Part shown: positions 28,936 to 42,602 of the stretch, in pieces
Layout: every line of letters begins with the position of its first letter
Position numbering within the stretch: position 1 is the stretch's first letter
Assembly (NCBI GenBank): GCA_900617105.1
Contig: UYFQ01000437.1
Coordinates: forward strand, 1 to 64,000
Direction: 5' to 3'
Source: Hydrurus foetidus
Lineage: Eukaryota
Length of the DNA: 64,000 nt
The notes under the pieces: model-generated
What the model was told of the DNA's origin: nothing
Databases searched by the model: none
The model's input: only the letters and a program-made list of their open reading frames with translations
Made by a program: the position numbers and the translations under genes

Positions 28936-31030
28936 ATGGCGACATTGGCCATGATGTCCTTCGGAACATTGATGCAATCCAAGAAATGTGTTCGATCTCG
29001 GGTAGCTACTAATTTAAATTCCAAATGGATTGGCAAAAATCAGCCGAAACACTTTTGCTCGCGTGTTCGGAATTTCAAAGCAGCAACCGCCCATATCGCC
29101 GACTTTCAGGATCTAATTGGATGTGAAAATGTAATTAGTGACGCTTTTGATATTGAGAAGTACACAATTGACTGGACGAAAGTGTACAAGGGAGGCACTG
29201 TGGTTTGTTTTCCCCGTAGCACCGAGGACGTTTCGAAAATATTACAATTTTGCAACTCAAACCGAATTGCAGTCGTACCTCAGGGAGGTAATACTGGCTT
29301 AGTCGGTGGAGGAGTGGGTCTTTCGGGCGACAAAGGTGACCAACTAATATTATCCATGGAAAAAATGTGTTCGATCGAAAGGATAAATGAGTCAGTCCTT
29401 ATCTGCGATGCGGGGTGTATTCTAGAGAATTTGAATACCGAGTGTAGCAAGAAAGGATACATCGTACCTCTGGATCTTGGTGCCAAAGGTGCATGTATGA
29501 TAGGAGGAAATGTCGCAACTAACGCAGGGGGACTAAGGGTGGTGCGATACGGATCTCTGCATGGCAGTGTCCTTGGTTTGGAAGTTGTTCAAGCTGACGG
29601 GACTGTCCTTGATATGCTCAGAACTCTTAGGAAAGATAATTGTGGTTACCACCTGCCTCATCTATTCATCGGGTCAGAGGGGACACTGGGTGTGATAACC
29701 AAGGTTGCTATAGCACTAGCATTGAAACCAAGGAGCACAGCAGTAGTCTGGGCGAAGGTCAGATATCATTGTGCTTTGGTACTGTCGCTTAATGTGTGGA
29801 TAGCATTATCAGCAATTTACTGCAGTAATTTCACTTTAAGTGACATGAGTACTTACTCTTCGCAATGTAATTGATAGGTTTCCTCTTTTGCAGGGGTACC
29901 AGAACTTCTACACAGTGCCAAAGCTGAAGTAGGAGAGATTCTGTCAGCTTTTGAATTTGTTGACGAGTCTTCTTTGAGGGCGATGTCGAAGGTTTCTCCC
30001 CATCTAATAAAGAGGTAACAAGCAATCCACAATTTTCACATTTAGAGGTTATTTCTAGAATTTTGAAAATTCTTAATTAAATTCCATCTGTTTCTTTATC
30101 AGAATTCAAGAATCTGCTCTGCCAAGCATGCTATCGAGTAACATTAAAGATGCAGCAAATAACAATGGATTCCATGAAAGTGGTATTCCTGGTGAAGTGT
30201 GTGTGTTGATGGAATTTAGTTCCAGTTCAAGTTCCAGTTCAACTTCAAGGTATTCTTCGGAAGGGGACTCTTCCAGCGCAGTGTCAAATATGAACAAAAG
30301 GTAGTTACACATGAACACAAGTATTCGGTTGTTGGTTAATTGCCTTCATGTTTTTTGCAAGAATCACAGCATATCTGACATCTGATATCGACCTCCACAA
30401 CATGTCAGGCTCGAAAGTTTCCTGGAGAAACTTTTTGAGAACGGACTAATAGTTGACGCTTTGGTAAGTCAAAATTCCGAACATGAGCGGGAGCTGTGGG
30501 CTATACGGGAAGACCTTCCGGTTAATTTAATGCAGCTTTCCCGTAAACCCAAAGAAAGCGGTTCTCAGTACATCAAGTTGTATAAATACGACGTATCACT
30601 CGCTCTTAGCGACACCGATGCTGCGGTGCTGAAGATCAAAAAAGAAATGAACAGGCAAATTCAATGCAAAAAAAAATTCCCCCCTGGAGCTCGTCTTGAA
30701 TTCTGTTGTTTCGGGCACGCAGGGGACCAAAACCTGCACCTTAATGTCCTACTACATTTACAAGACATCGATAATGATTTGTACAGTAACATTGTAGATA
30801 TGGAACTTTTAAAAAGTAGAGTACAGGAAATTTTGGATCGTGTTGTTTTCGAAACCGTTATTTCTGTTAACGGAAGTGTGTCTGCAGAACACGGTGTGGG
30901 GCAGCAAAAACGAAAAATAATGAGTACTGTACGATCTCCCTCCGAACTTTTGTTGATGTCTGGAATCAAGAAGATCCTAGATCCAAATGGTATTTTAAAT
31001 CCTGGAAAGGTTATTCCAGACGGATTTTAA
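28936..31030 (+). CDS. D2HGDH: D-2-hydroxyglutarate dehydrogenase (FAD-linked oxidase), multi-exon
   Basis: PQGGNTGLVGG, PLDLGAKG, GGNVATNAGG, LRKDNxGY, GSEGTLG, GHAGDQNLHLN, SAEHGVG, DPNGILNPGK. Divergent from KMO. Confidence 0.9.
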
Positions 31031-31849
31031 TTCTTCTTTTTTTTCGTACCTGTTTTCATTATTATTTGCTGTGCGGTACCGTGCCGTGACGTGATTTTTC
31101 TTTATTACATAGTTGCAGATCATAAATAGTTTACGCCGCTTCAATTTATTATCTTGGGAGTGTTGCTGCCTTCTCTCATGCATTGGAGGGTTACTCTGTA
31201 GTGGATACGACAAACTGCTCTGTACATTAGAGTAAGGCGCTACAGACATCATAGCGCGCAGTACTGTCTGACGTATGATTGGCTGACTTCAATATTCGAA
31301 TTGTCGCGTAATCCAAGAAAATAAACGGTCTTACTTGCAAGGCATTTCCATTCCATTCGGTTCGGTTCGGTTGCCATACAGGGAAGGCCCTGCTACTGAT
31401 ACTACGCAAGAGCAGAAAAAAATGTTGCTCTTCTAGATGTTCATATTGGAATTTTATCACGGTTGGAATAGCCTTGAGATCTCTTCAAGAAAAAAATTGA
31501 TTAAACCCTTGTGCGGTCAACAGGTTAAGTGCTCGAGTCTCGCGATTAACAAGGAGATGATTGAGAGCTGGAAACCTACCTTGACAAGACGAGCAACACA
31601 CATTCGAAGGAAGCGACATGGCAATTCGATCAAACAGACTAGAGAGGCTGATGTCGACATCGTCTATCACGCTCAGGAATGTGTGGTATTTACAATGTTG
31701 GTGCATCGTAGCGCAATGCAGTTATATAAACGTTCTGTGCTATGAGAATCGTGACAATTTTTCAGTGCAGTTGACGACCCATGAACATGAATATGTCCAG
31801 CACTCAGCAATTCATTATAGACAGGACTTGGACTAGGAGAAGGAGTAGA

Positions 31850-33599
31850 CTATGCTTTGTTGCGACCGGTGGTGGCCATGTCCATTGCTCTCGGATTCAC
31901 CTTCGTGCCTCCCCCTGTGCCCTTGCTGCTGTGGGCCATTTTCTTCAGGAGCAGAGCGCGTGTCTGTCCGAAAGCTTTCTCGTTTGACTCCTTCCGCTCT
32001 ATCACCTTGGCTTCGGGCTGCACCGTGAAGAGGAACCCGTTAGAGTACGGGGTGCGGGCCCTCATGTAGATGTCTTTGCCTCCTACTGCTGTCGCACCAG
32101 CCATCACTGCGTCGAACCCGCTGCCCTTGCCCTGCGACCCATCCCTTGCGCGACGCTCTCCAGCATATTCGCCATCATCATCGTCTTCCTGTGACGCGGA
32201 TCTCGCCGCAGCGGATGCGGCAGAGAGAGCAGCAGCATTGGCAGCGTGCCTCTCCATGGCGAGAGCGGTCAGCTCAGATGTGGCAGAGACATCTCTGGTG
32301 GAGCTACGCGCATCCGCGGACTATCAGCCAAGAGAAATAAGAAATGGTCAGAGGTGAGTTTAGTGTTGTAGCAGCGGCATGAGCAGCATTTAAATGTATT
32401 TGTTCAAAAGCTAAGAAGAAAAAGAAAAAGAAGTAGAAGAGGTTTACCTTTCTGAAGACGGGTCTGCACCACTTCTCCATCAGTTCTTTGAGAGCACGCT
32501 TGTTCTCAGGCGTTTCCTGCTTGTGCTTCCGTAGTGCCAGAATTGTATACCCTATAGGCTTTTTGTCGCCCTCAGTGCGCTTGAGATGGTCCGTTTGGCA
32601 CGGGAGCTTTGCGAGCATGTCGTATATTGCTGTGCGCACGGTGAGAGAAGGGAGAGTTTTAGAGGCGTCCCGCTTGGGCTCAATCCAGTCCTTGAAGGCC
32701 CCCAGGATGTCTTTCTCCAATAGATTGTGCTGCAGCGCCTTCACAGCAACCATTTGCTGTACAGTGCGCAACATTTGCAGCTTGTGGATGGCCGGCTCCC
32801 CTTGCTTGAAGAGCGCCTCATCCTTCAAAAATGCGTCATGCATTCGGTGCAACAGTCTTTCTGTGATCTTGTCCTTCTCTGCTTCCGACATGAGCACGGC
32901 TTTTGGCTTCTTCATGGCCTCAAGAGTCTCTGAGAATGGATCTGAGGATCTGCGACTTCCGCCTTCGCTAGAGCCACCACGACCAGAATTCTTCGACTTG
33001 CCCTTCTTTCCGTAGTCGTCGGGTCTCTCGTCGTCGAATACCTGCTCTTCCTGATCATACTCCCCAGCCACATCAGCTTGCTCGTCGTCGTCATCGATAA
33101 ACTTATCATCCTCCGCGGTGCGTTGCACATCCTCGCCCGAGTCGTACTCGTCACCACTAGCTCTTTCTGCATCGGCACCTTTGTCATCGGATTTTTTACT
33201 GCTGCTACTGCTGCTCTGCTTACGTTTCTTTTGTATGCTGGCATCGTCAGTACTCCTTACTTCACTGCTGGTATCTTTGCGCTTCTTCTTGATGCTACTC
33301 TTCTTAACGTCAGATCTAACGTCGTCTTCCTCATCACTATCTTCAATTTTATCATCTTCATCGTCCCTGTTATTTGGTTGGCTGCCACCTTTTTTGAGAC
33401 GATTTGATTTCTGTGTAGGAGCTTCATCGTCAGAATCTTGCAACGCTATGTCATCCTCATCTTCGGCTACTCGGTTGCTCGCGGGTGCTGTCCCCTGGAC
33501 TGGTATATTTGAAGTCTCCTGTTCATCATCGCTATCAGCTCCGAAGATGTCAGTGATATAGTTAGCAACTTCAGGTTGCGTAGCTTGAGTTTGACTCAT
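31850..33599 (-). CDS. IWS1: Transcription elongation factor IWS1/Spn1
   Basis: Acidic N-terminus plus TFIIS-N-like core (PAIHKL, WIEP..LPSL, ETPENKR..KW.RPVF). Exons 33599-32448 and 32320-31850 join in frame. Confidence 0.88.
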
Positions 33600-33957
33600 G
33601 ATGCCTCAAGTTGTTCCAGGATATACTCTCTTACAGGGGATACTGCTGAAACTATGTACTCTTCCCACGATACTGCTGTGAGAGTTACAACGTTACACAG
33701 CTCTGTAAACTATAAGGCCAAACCTTATAGCGCCACGGATCACGGATTTTTAATTGAAAATCGGTGATTTGTCGCCCTTTCAGACCCATATAGCGCCTCG
33801 GAATCGTATTTTGAATTTCGTATTGACTGATTTTGAGAATTCGAGACGGGATTTGGGGCACTTCTTCGTAATCCAATTCTCGTTTTGGATGACGATATCT
33901 TGACCTAGGATGGCCTAGTAGATTACATTCAAATCACATTCAAACACCAATATCTCA

Positions 33958-35672
33958 ATGGCGGCAACAAAGCGCCAGTTGCTGGTCGTCAGATCCAAAC
34001 AGTTCTTGTTGATTGCCCGAGCGGGCATGTCAATTCCATCATATGAAATGTCGCTCGGGCAAATCCAAGACAAAATGATGACGCAAATGCATAGTCATGT
34101 ATCATCCTTCATCCAGCCGGCTTCCATACGCCTTTTGAACAAAGACAAATACCTTCGGACCTGCAAATTTATGAATCCTAGCGTCGAAGTGGATGATGAG
34201 CACACGGGCATCAGTTTATGGAGGAAATACGCCGATATCAAAAAATATGTTACCAATAGCATTACTCCCTTCTATTTCAAATGTCTGGGGAAGGATGGTC
34301 TTATTCCTTCGGGAAAATCAAAGGAGGAGATTCTATACAAGACTCGGGAGTTGCTGTTCAAGTCTGAACAGGAAGCTGCGAAGAGCCGTTCGAAGAATCC
34401 TAGAGGATACGTCGTGAAAGAATTCTCCCCTGATTGGTATCCTACAGAATGGGAAGTGTTTCTTTTGTATGGAGCAGCTTCAGAGAAGCCTGATAAAGCC
34501 TTCTACATGGAGTAAGTTGATGTCTGCTTATTTTAATTCTTAGATACATTGCTAATGATAATTGTACGTCATCAGGAAGTCCTCTGGTCCATCGTCTCTA
34601 TCCTCCTCCTCCCAAAATCAACCGACCAAGTCTCAGAATCGCAAGACTCAAAGACATTTGCAGAGGAAAGAAGAGCTCCAAAAGATTAATGTGGAGCTCA
34701 AGAAACCATCCAAGCATGACCAACTTATCGATCAAGAGTCGAAAGTCAGTGCCAACAACTTGGCCATCAACAAGGCAATGGTGGAGCTGAAGTTGAGACA
34801 ACAGGTAAATTTTATAATCGAATACAACTAAATCACACTTTAATTCATTGTATTTTCTTCCGCAGAGAATCCTGGAGCTTGAGAAGTTGCTGAGCCTGGA
34901 GTTCTTGCCGGATCTGGACCGAGGACCATTGCAAGATGAATACATGAATTATTTAATGAATGGCGGACCCGGTATTCAAAATTATCAGCCAATCAGGGAA
35001 GATCCACCTGAAGCTGAGACAGAAGTACCTATTGCAACAGTCCTTAGTGATGTGGAGGAGCCCAATCCCATGGATACTAGCACCCAGTCCATCACCTCTC
35101 GCATAACATTAGAGAAGTATAACACAGACGCAGACACGGATGAGGATGACAATGCGGGAGAGGAGGGAGGCGAGGGGGATAACGGAGAGGAGGATGAGAA
35201 TGGAGAGAACCTAGAAGAGAATGAGAGTGAGGAGAACAAAGATGAGGCAGCTGACGAAGATGAGGGAGAATCTGGAAAGAGATGGGAAGATGATGGCGAA
35301 GACGAAGAAGAGAAGGAGATGATTGAGAAGGAGAAAAGCTATGGAACCATTAGAACCAACCCATCGAAGTCAAGGAATGCTGTCTTTACTCCAAGTGAGC
35401 CTACACAAGACTCTTCTGAAACCTCCTATGAAATGTTCGAACGCCGTCAAAGTCAGGTTCCAATCACAAGACCTTTCGTATCCCGAAACACTTCCTCCTC
35501 TTCATCTTCTTCGTCGAGTTCATCTTCTGCTACAAGTGTTGAATCCGGAAGGGTGACAAGAGGCTCGGCCACCAAGAGATCAAAGGGCGAGGTCAACGTT
35601 ACTGTGGAAGAGGAAGATAATGAGGACTATTTCTCGGTGCCAAAAAGGGCAAAAAGGGGAAGAAATAATTGA
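33958..35672 (+). CDS. Harbinger accessory ORF1 (Myb/SANT-like DNA-binding protein with acidic tail)
   Basis: Exons 33958-34511, 34576-34804 and 34866-35672 splice in frame. SLWRKYADIKK...PSGKSKEEIL resembles Harbinger ORF1; lies inside the TIRs. Confidence 0.7.
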
Positions 35673-35860
35673 ATTTCATATCAAATGATGTCTTTTAAAT
35701 TACAATTGTATGTCACATGATATCAATAAATATTTACAGAATGTTAAATGAGCTTATATTCGACGTAGGAGGTAAATTTGTTTTTTTTTTAAAATCAGTG
35801 ATCAGGATTCAGTGATTCGTTAACGGATTTTCAAATTACTTAAATTATAAAAAGTTATTT

Positions 35861-37312
35861 TTAAACACATTTCTTCTTTAACCACTTCACATCATTGATT
35901 GAATGTTTATAGGCAAAGTGATCTACCAATTTCTTATTTAATTGACTATAAGAAGTTTCATATTCTTCCACTTCGTCTCCATGTGAAAATTCGAAAATAT
36001 CTTTGTTACGTTCTACTCCTATATAACTGTAATCACTAATGGATGTTAAATTTCTAACTCTGCTCAAATGCTGACGAAAAATAAACATATCTTCTGCAGC
36101 ATGTTCACCATCTCTACCAGCATAATTAACATCTTTTTCCCAACGCACATCCAGACCATCAAATGTAAGTAATAAATTATGAAAGATACAGCAAGTGAAG
36201 AACATATTATCAACTACATCTCTTGTATTATAAAATATAGGTACTTTTAAACAACGAAATCTACCTTTTAATGAACCAAATGTACACTCAACATCTTTCC
36301 GCACTGACTCAGCCCATTCGCTCCACAGAGCTTCTTTTTTAATAGCTGAGTGTCTCAACGGACACTGAAGACACCTCCACTTATGATACCCTCCATCAAC
36401 AAGAAGATAACATCCCTTCTCCAGATATTCTTCTCCATTTTCTTTGCACATCTTGTATCTCACATTCGAATAAAGATCTTCGTCATGAATTGCTGAAACA
36501 AATCCATCAAAACGAACAATCGTTTTGTCATTTTTCGCTCCAGGAAATCCTTTCGTAGCAGAAATAATTTTAGAGGTATGATCGACAGTAACCTCATATG
36601 ATATTGTTGGGTAACCCTCCTTCCCTTTGTGTAAAGATCTATCTCCCACTGGACACCTTTCCCATCGGATATGAACACAGTCTGTACTGCCAATACATCC
36701 AGGGAAACCCAATCTATCGTAGACGCTTAAAGTCCTGTTAACCTCATCATCAGTCAAAGGTGCGTTGCAGTAAATCTCGAAATATTTCTTTGAAAAGAGA
36801 GAGCAGAAAGAGTGAAAGAAAATCCTGTTGCATTCAGCACTGATAAAGGAAAGCTCCTCAATTCCATCGAAACAATAACCTCTACCCAGAACACGTAAAA
36901 CTCCAAGAATTTTAAGCTCTAACGGAGCACCTCTTCTACCAGACGCATCTCCTCTCTCCGTAAACCAATTGTTCTCTCTCGTAAGTGCAACTATTCTTTC
37001 GAATAGAGGAAAAGGAACCCGAAAGCGAAGTCTAAATAGAACTCCACCTTTCCTATCACCAGGATCACGAGTTCTCGGATTAAGAAGCATTCTCCCCCAG
37101 GTTGAATACTCGTACATTGGACGGTCCTCTGACTTTCGCATACGGAAGACTATCATCTTATACTTGCTATCATTGACTTCCTCATCATCGTAAGGATTCA
37201 TAGCTAACATTTTGCGACGTTTAGCGGATGCCTCTTCCGCTAGATTAATTGCATACATGACCGCCGCAGAGTTAGCATACTCGTTCACCATAGAGTATTC
37301 AGAGTCGTACAT
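35861..37312 (-). CDS. PIF/Harbinger DDE transposase (HARBI1/Plant_tran-like), intact
   Basis: FRLRFRV, GFPGCIGSTDCVH, GAKND, YLLVDGGY, RKDVECTFGSLKGRF, CCIFHN. Confidence 0.95.
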   Translation of the reverse strand: MYDSEYSMVNEYANSAAVMYAINLAEEASAKRRKMLAMNPYDDEEVNDSKYKMIVFRMRKSEDRPMYEYSTWGRMLLNPRTRDPGDRKGGVLFRLRFRVPFPLFERIVALTRENNWFTERGDASGRRGAPLELKILGVLRVLGRGYCFDGIEELSFISAECNRIFFHSFCSLFSKKYFEIYCNAPLTDDEVNRTLSVYDRLGFPGCIGSTDCVHIRWERCPVGDRSLHKGKEGYPTISYEVTVDHTSKIISATKGFPGAKNDKTIVRFDGFVSAIHDEDLYSNVRYKMCKENGEEYLEKGCYLLVDGGYHKWRCLQCPLRHSAIKKEALWSEWAESVRKDVECTFGSLKGRFRCLKVPIFYNTRDVVDNMFFTCCIFHNLLLTFDGLDVRWEKDVNYAGRDGEHAAEDMFIFRQHLSRVRNLTSISDYSYIGVERNKDIFEFSHGDEVEEYETSYSQLNKKLVDHFAYKHSINDVKWLKKKCV

Positions 37313-38669
37313 TTTGTCTGCTGAAGGTTACTTTTAACGAAGTAGAAATTGTGTCGAGGTTTGACTTATAGCCAACCTTTCGAAGACTTTCAGAAACAAG
37401 TAATTCAGAGAAATGTTTCAGTGATCCTTATAAGGGCTACAAAAAGCCAAAACGAATTTTAAAATACAGATTTTAGGATTTCGTTTCAGTGATCCTTATA
37501 AGGGTCAGCCCGGGGTCAATCACCAATACGGATTGTTGATCACGATTTTTTTGAAATCCGTATTCCGTAATCGGTGCGCTATAAGGTTTGGCCTAAACCG
37601 TAGGAAGTAAGGATTATTCGGTAATTCACGAGACAACCCGGCTAAATCGAACGAATTACTCTACCGGAACTCATGTATAATTTGAAGCAACGAGTCATGC
37701 ATGACTCTAATATGTATAACTGATAACAGATCTATCAAAAGGATCTGCTGCATTATGCAGCCAAAATACTTTCTATTTTGCGTTTCAAAAATTACCGGAA
37801 CTGAACGGCGATCCGGCCGTTAGTTAGTTCCGCAGCATTATGCAGCGGAATCTCGAAGGGTTCACCGTAAGCATGATTTTTCCCAAAGATAGGACGTGAA
37901 ATATCATATTTTCGAAATGTTAAACCCAACTGTGAACGCGCTTCCGCTCACGGCACAAGGATGCTACGTGGCCTCTTTGATAGTTGACTGATCAAATAAT
38001 AAATAATGTGTCATATCAAATCTTCGAGCTTGGTGGATAATCGAAATTATTGAAGGCATGCGCGACATCTTCAGGGAAATGGAGTAGGACATAAAAATTG
38101 ATTCTCAATTTTGCTGCTTTTCGGGAACCTTTCTAGATCCATTTTTATGAAAAAGGCGAATTATTCTCCAGGACTCCTCGCCGAAGATTAAGTGTGAGTT
38201 GACGTTCTACGTAAAAATTGAAAATTTCCGCACCTGCACTCATAAGAGGAGATAGTTTTGTTTCCGTCATATCTACAAAATTTTCGCAATGTCATCTATT
38301 AAAAACTTCATCAATGAATTTTTTCAAAACTTTCTTCAAAATTGTTGTAAAGTCGACGGACTGGCTGGGATAGACATCAGATGTCAGAGTGGCAAAATTT
38401 GGAGAGATCTATACCGTACGATACGCCGTCAACCGTAAGAGGTTAGAGGCTTCTGTACTGTATGTGATTACCAATGTGAACACTTTCGTTCCTCCTTCTA
38501 CTCTCTCATTACATACCTACTCTAAAAGCTGACTCGTAAAGTTGAAGATCATCTCAACCTCTTCAGAAAAGCGAAATTCTGGCGCACGGCTTCAGAGGAG
38601 ACAGCTGTAGTAGATTCGTCCCCACGGTCAATTTTCTACCGAGACCGACATTACTACCACTTTTTTGAC

Positions 38670-41441
38670 ATGGGCAATTCCAGCAGCTCCGCTTTTCAGG
38701 CTGGAGACGCTATTCCTTACCTAGGTAACTCGCACTGGGAACTGAATCAAGGCATTCGAAAGGTACAAATTTGCGGAGGAAATATCAGAAGCAGATTTCT
38801 GTTGGGACTCTCGGTTTGGAATAACTCTTTTACAAATCATCAAAATGCAGGAGGACAAGGAGGAGATTGCCTTTTTCAGGTATCTCAAGACGCAAAAGGA
38901 CAGGCTATTACCAGCTCAAAGAGCTACACAGAAAATGAAAACTTTGCGACACCCGCATATCTTGTCTTACGTTGAAAGTGCCGAATATGATGATTCATTG
39001 ATTCTCGTGACTGAGGGGTGCACCCCATTAGAAGTTTGGCTGCGGAATATTTCTGACAGTAAGGAGAAGAGTAACTATCAGGATCCGGAGACCCTCCATC
39101 AAGAGCTGCTGTGGGGTTTCAAATGCGTCCTAGAAGCGCTTCAATTCCTCCACAATAACGGTTTCGTTCACTCTTACCTCGGACTACACGCAATTTTCGT
39201 AACGAAGAGTGGAGATTGGAAAATTGGCGCTCTCGACCTTGTGGGCAACATGACAATTACAGAGGACTTCAACTTTTTGACGACATACGCGAAGTTGCTG
39301 GCTTCACCATATATTGCTCCGGAAAGACAAACGTCACTAGTGTTCGTATCTGACGCTGAAAAGTCGAGCAAAGTAGCAGTTGGATCCGGAGCAGACATAT
39401 TTTCTCTCGCGCACTGCATTCAGTGTGCATTTGATATTCCTAAATTAATTGTTCCAGAAGGGTTGTCCAAGTATTTCAGCAGAATGTTGAGTGTGGACCC
39501 GAAAAGAAGACCGACAGCATCTCAACTCGCGAAATGCCCCGTATTTAACAGCGAAAACATAAAACTAATGGCCAGTCTGGGCGATTTAGCAGCCTTGAAA
39601 CCAGCGAATGAAACGCTGGAGGCGCTAGGTCAGCTGTCTGAGAAGGTTGCGATGCTGCCGGTATCAATATGCATTCATAAGATATTGCCTAGTCTGGCGA
39701 GGACGCTTCAGATGGCTTGCACTGACTTTAGTAATAGAGATTCTCGAGAGTCCTGTCGGCAGGTACGTTATACAGCAAAATCTTTTTGGTTCTCAGTTCC
39801 TCTACACTGCTGCTTGAGATTAAGAATGCCTGATCAATGCTGTCGTGAGAACATCTTCTCATATTCTCAATATGACTTTGTTTGTAGAGCATTCAACTGT
39901 GCTTGAGCATACTATCACGCCTAGCTGACCACAAGAAAATAGAAGAAGAGCACTACTGCAAGCAGTGTGTGAGTAGTGTTCTGTCGCTGTGGACCATGAC
40001 AGACCGTACGATCCGTACGGCCCTCCTCGGTTCCCTGAAGAGCATGGTTGTACTTACACCAGCTGACATGGTGAACAAGAGCATCTTCGATCCCCTGCTA
40101 GCTGGATTTGCTGATTCAAATGCAAAGTAAGAATAGATATTGACATGACATGACACGCACTCTTCGACCGATTCTCCCTTCTTTCCCTCCCATGCTATTC
40201 ATTGAATTTGACAATAGAGTGACAGAGGAGTAACACTGCGATTTTAGCGTTTACATCACGCTTTTCACTATTCTATTTCCCACCGCAGGATGAGAGAGGA
40301 AACGTTGAAATGCCTCGTCCACGTAGTGGACAAACTGGATGAAAAGCACTTACAGGAAAAGCTCGTCCGCTGTATCGTAAATCTCCAGAAAGATTCTGAG
40401 AATTCCATCAGAACAAACGCCACTATATTCCTAGGAAGGATTGCACGCACTTTAAAGGAAGGAGTTCGAGCCCGGGTGTTGTGCGCTGCATACGCTAATG
40501 CCATGCGAGATGGGTTTGTGCATTGCCGTGTAGCGGGTTTGAAGGCTGCTACCGCCTCTCTTATGTACTTGGACGTTCCTCAGGTGTCATCCAAACTGCT
40601 GCCGCAAGTGTGCTGCTTGCTAACAGATAAATCCCCAGAAGTGAGGGAATTAGCTATCAAATTGCTTGAGCTCGGATTGACTAGAATGAAGGCGTATCAT
40701 AAAGTTACCCGAGATCAGGCCAATGAAGCAGCTGCTGCTGCGCTGGCTGCGGGAGAGAGCCCTCAAAAAGGGTCTGCAACGCAGGAGAAGGAATCCAGCA
40801 GTTGGGCACCTTCTTGGTCCAGCCTTTCAATGACACTGGAGAAAATTGCAGTAGGTGGTGGTGCAGCTTCTACGAGAGTAAGTACTGGACTGGGTGCATC
40901 TAGTACAGCAATCGCAACTTCTGATATCTCCCCATCCTCTGGTCCTATTGAGAAGAAAGAAGATACAGTCGTCTCTAATTCTCCTGTTCCTGCAGTTAAG
41001 GCAACTAAGGGTAAAGGAACAGGAGGAGGAGGTACTGAGAGTGTTGTTCAGAAAATGGTGACTGCTGAGGGGTGGGGCAATGATGATGGATTTGATGACT
41101 GGGACGACAGCAACAACAGCAGCAGCAATAATGGAGGTGTGGGAAGCAGTAATAGCCCCCACCTAGACATGGACCAGGATGAAGATAGTGGAGGGGGAGG
41201 GTGGGGTGGGGATGATGATCTCGACTTAGGCGACATGGATGGAGAGGACCAAGACAACTCCTCCGCTGCTAACAAAACAAGTGGCATTAACTCCCTAACA
41301 AACTCCTCAAAAGTTCCGACCTCTATTGGACAAAAAGCTGCACCTCTAGCAGGGAAGGTGAAGAAAACTCCGGTTAGTGCGGGACCCTCCATGAAGCTGG
41401 AGATGGGTCCGAGTTCAGGGGATAACTGGGACGATTTTTAA
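38670..41441 (+). CDS. SCYL1: SCY1-like pseudokinase with HEAT repeats (SCYL1/Cex1 type)
   Basis: MGNSSS myristoylation-type start, KTLRHPHIL, IFVTKSGDWKIG, IRTNATIFLG, acidic W/D tail ending DNWDDF. Exons 38670-38762, 38851-39762, 39888-40126, 40289-41441. Confidence 0.88.
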
Positions 41442-42602
41442 TTGTAATTATTTTGACACACGCACTCATATTTTACACATACATATACAGACACGCAGTA
41501 CATGTTGAATACATATTATCCCATTCTTTTTCGAGTCTAGTAATCTAAATCTATTTCTTTCGACCTACGCATTGCGCTGTCCAATTGGTACGATACGGTC
41601 GCTGCTTCTCTTCTTTTCTTTTGTGTCGCAGACAGTGTCTTCGTGTTCATATTTGTAACACATACGATAGTGTTGGGACGAGTGCAAGGTCCGCATTGAG
41701 GTGGATAGCGTCCGTGTGAGCAAATGCTACTTGTATGGATCTCGTATCTGTTGGGTTCCATCTTCAAGCTGCACAGGTCATGATATAAGGCGGCATGATA
41801 ACTGAGGGAGTGGAAATGCCTTTATGTGAGTGTGTTTCATACTTCACCGGTACGTTTCTGTCCATGTGCTGTTCACATCATCTCACGGGCTAGAGAGTAT
41901 GATACACGACACACATCAGTTGTCAGCTGCAGTAGAGATTAGATTGGATTGGATTGGACTAGCTCAGGTCAGATCGACAAGTTCAGTTCAGTGAGAATCC
42001 TACCCACTCCGTCCTCGATGTGTGCGGGACCCTGGACTTATAGCCGTAGTCACGGTATAATATCATGAACGAACTATGTAGCTGTTGTCTCTCACAGTTT
42101 CCGCTATGCAACTGCTGAGAAAGTTTCGGAATAAAAATTTCGAATAATCAACCAACTTGACTTACCATTTATTTCATCGAAGGAATGCCCTACTATAATA
42201 CTACCACTTAGTACAGAAGTATCATAAAATGGTGCGATGTTCTACGATATAGATTCTCATGTTGAAGAAAAGGGAAATCCCCGATTCAAAACAGTTAAAA
42301 CGGTATATGCACTGTGATGAGAAATCATCATACAATTTTTGAAAGTGAGTGGAAAAGAAGAAAAGAACAGATTAAAATAGAATGAACTTTACAAGACGAG
42401 ATTAGAATTGATTGATGACATGTTACTGATGTTGATGTCGCGAGAGGGTTGAACAGACAATGCCAATATTCTCATTATTTGCAGCGGATCCTGTATTTTT
42501 GATTCTCACCGTCACTTCAACCTATGTATTCGGGTCGCGAGTGTCATCAGGAGATGTCGTTTAATAAGACAGATCTAGGATCTATGTCAGACTTTTTGTC
42601 AA

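Larger units (their letters stand above)
33716..37593. mobile_element. Full-length PIF/Harbinger DNA transposon
   Basis: Perfect 18-bp TIRs GGCCAAACCTTATAGCGC (33716-33733 and 37576-37593), TAA TSD on both sides, two convergent genes. Confidence 0.95.

Noticed and set aside
22578..31030. Metabolic gene cluster or bacterial HGT island (WS/DGAT, pseudouridine synthase, KMO, D2HGDH)
   Set aside because: The pathways are unrelated, the genes have eukaryotic-style leaders or anchors, D2HGDH has introns, and no compositional break is evident.
37597..38450. Possible MITE or piggyBac-like remnant next to the Harbinger
   Set aside because: TE-like texture, but I found no TIR pair or TSD.
41537..42020. 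Extra minus-strand exons for the RCC1 gene
   Set aside because: Splice-like sites exist, but the candidate exon at ~41849-41888 has stops in all three frames.
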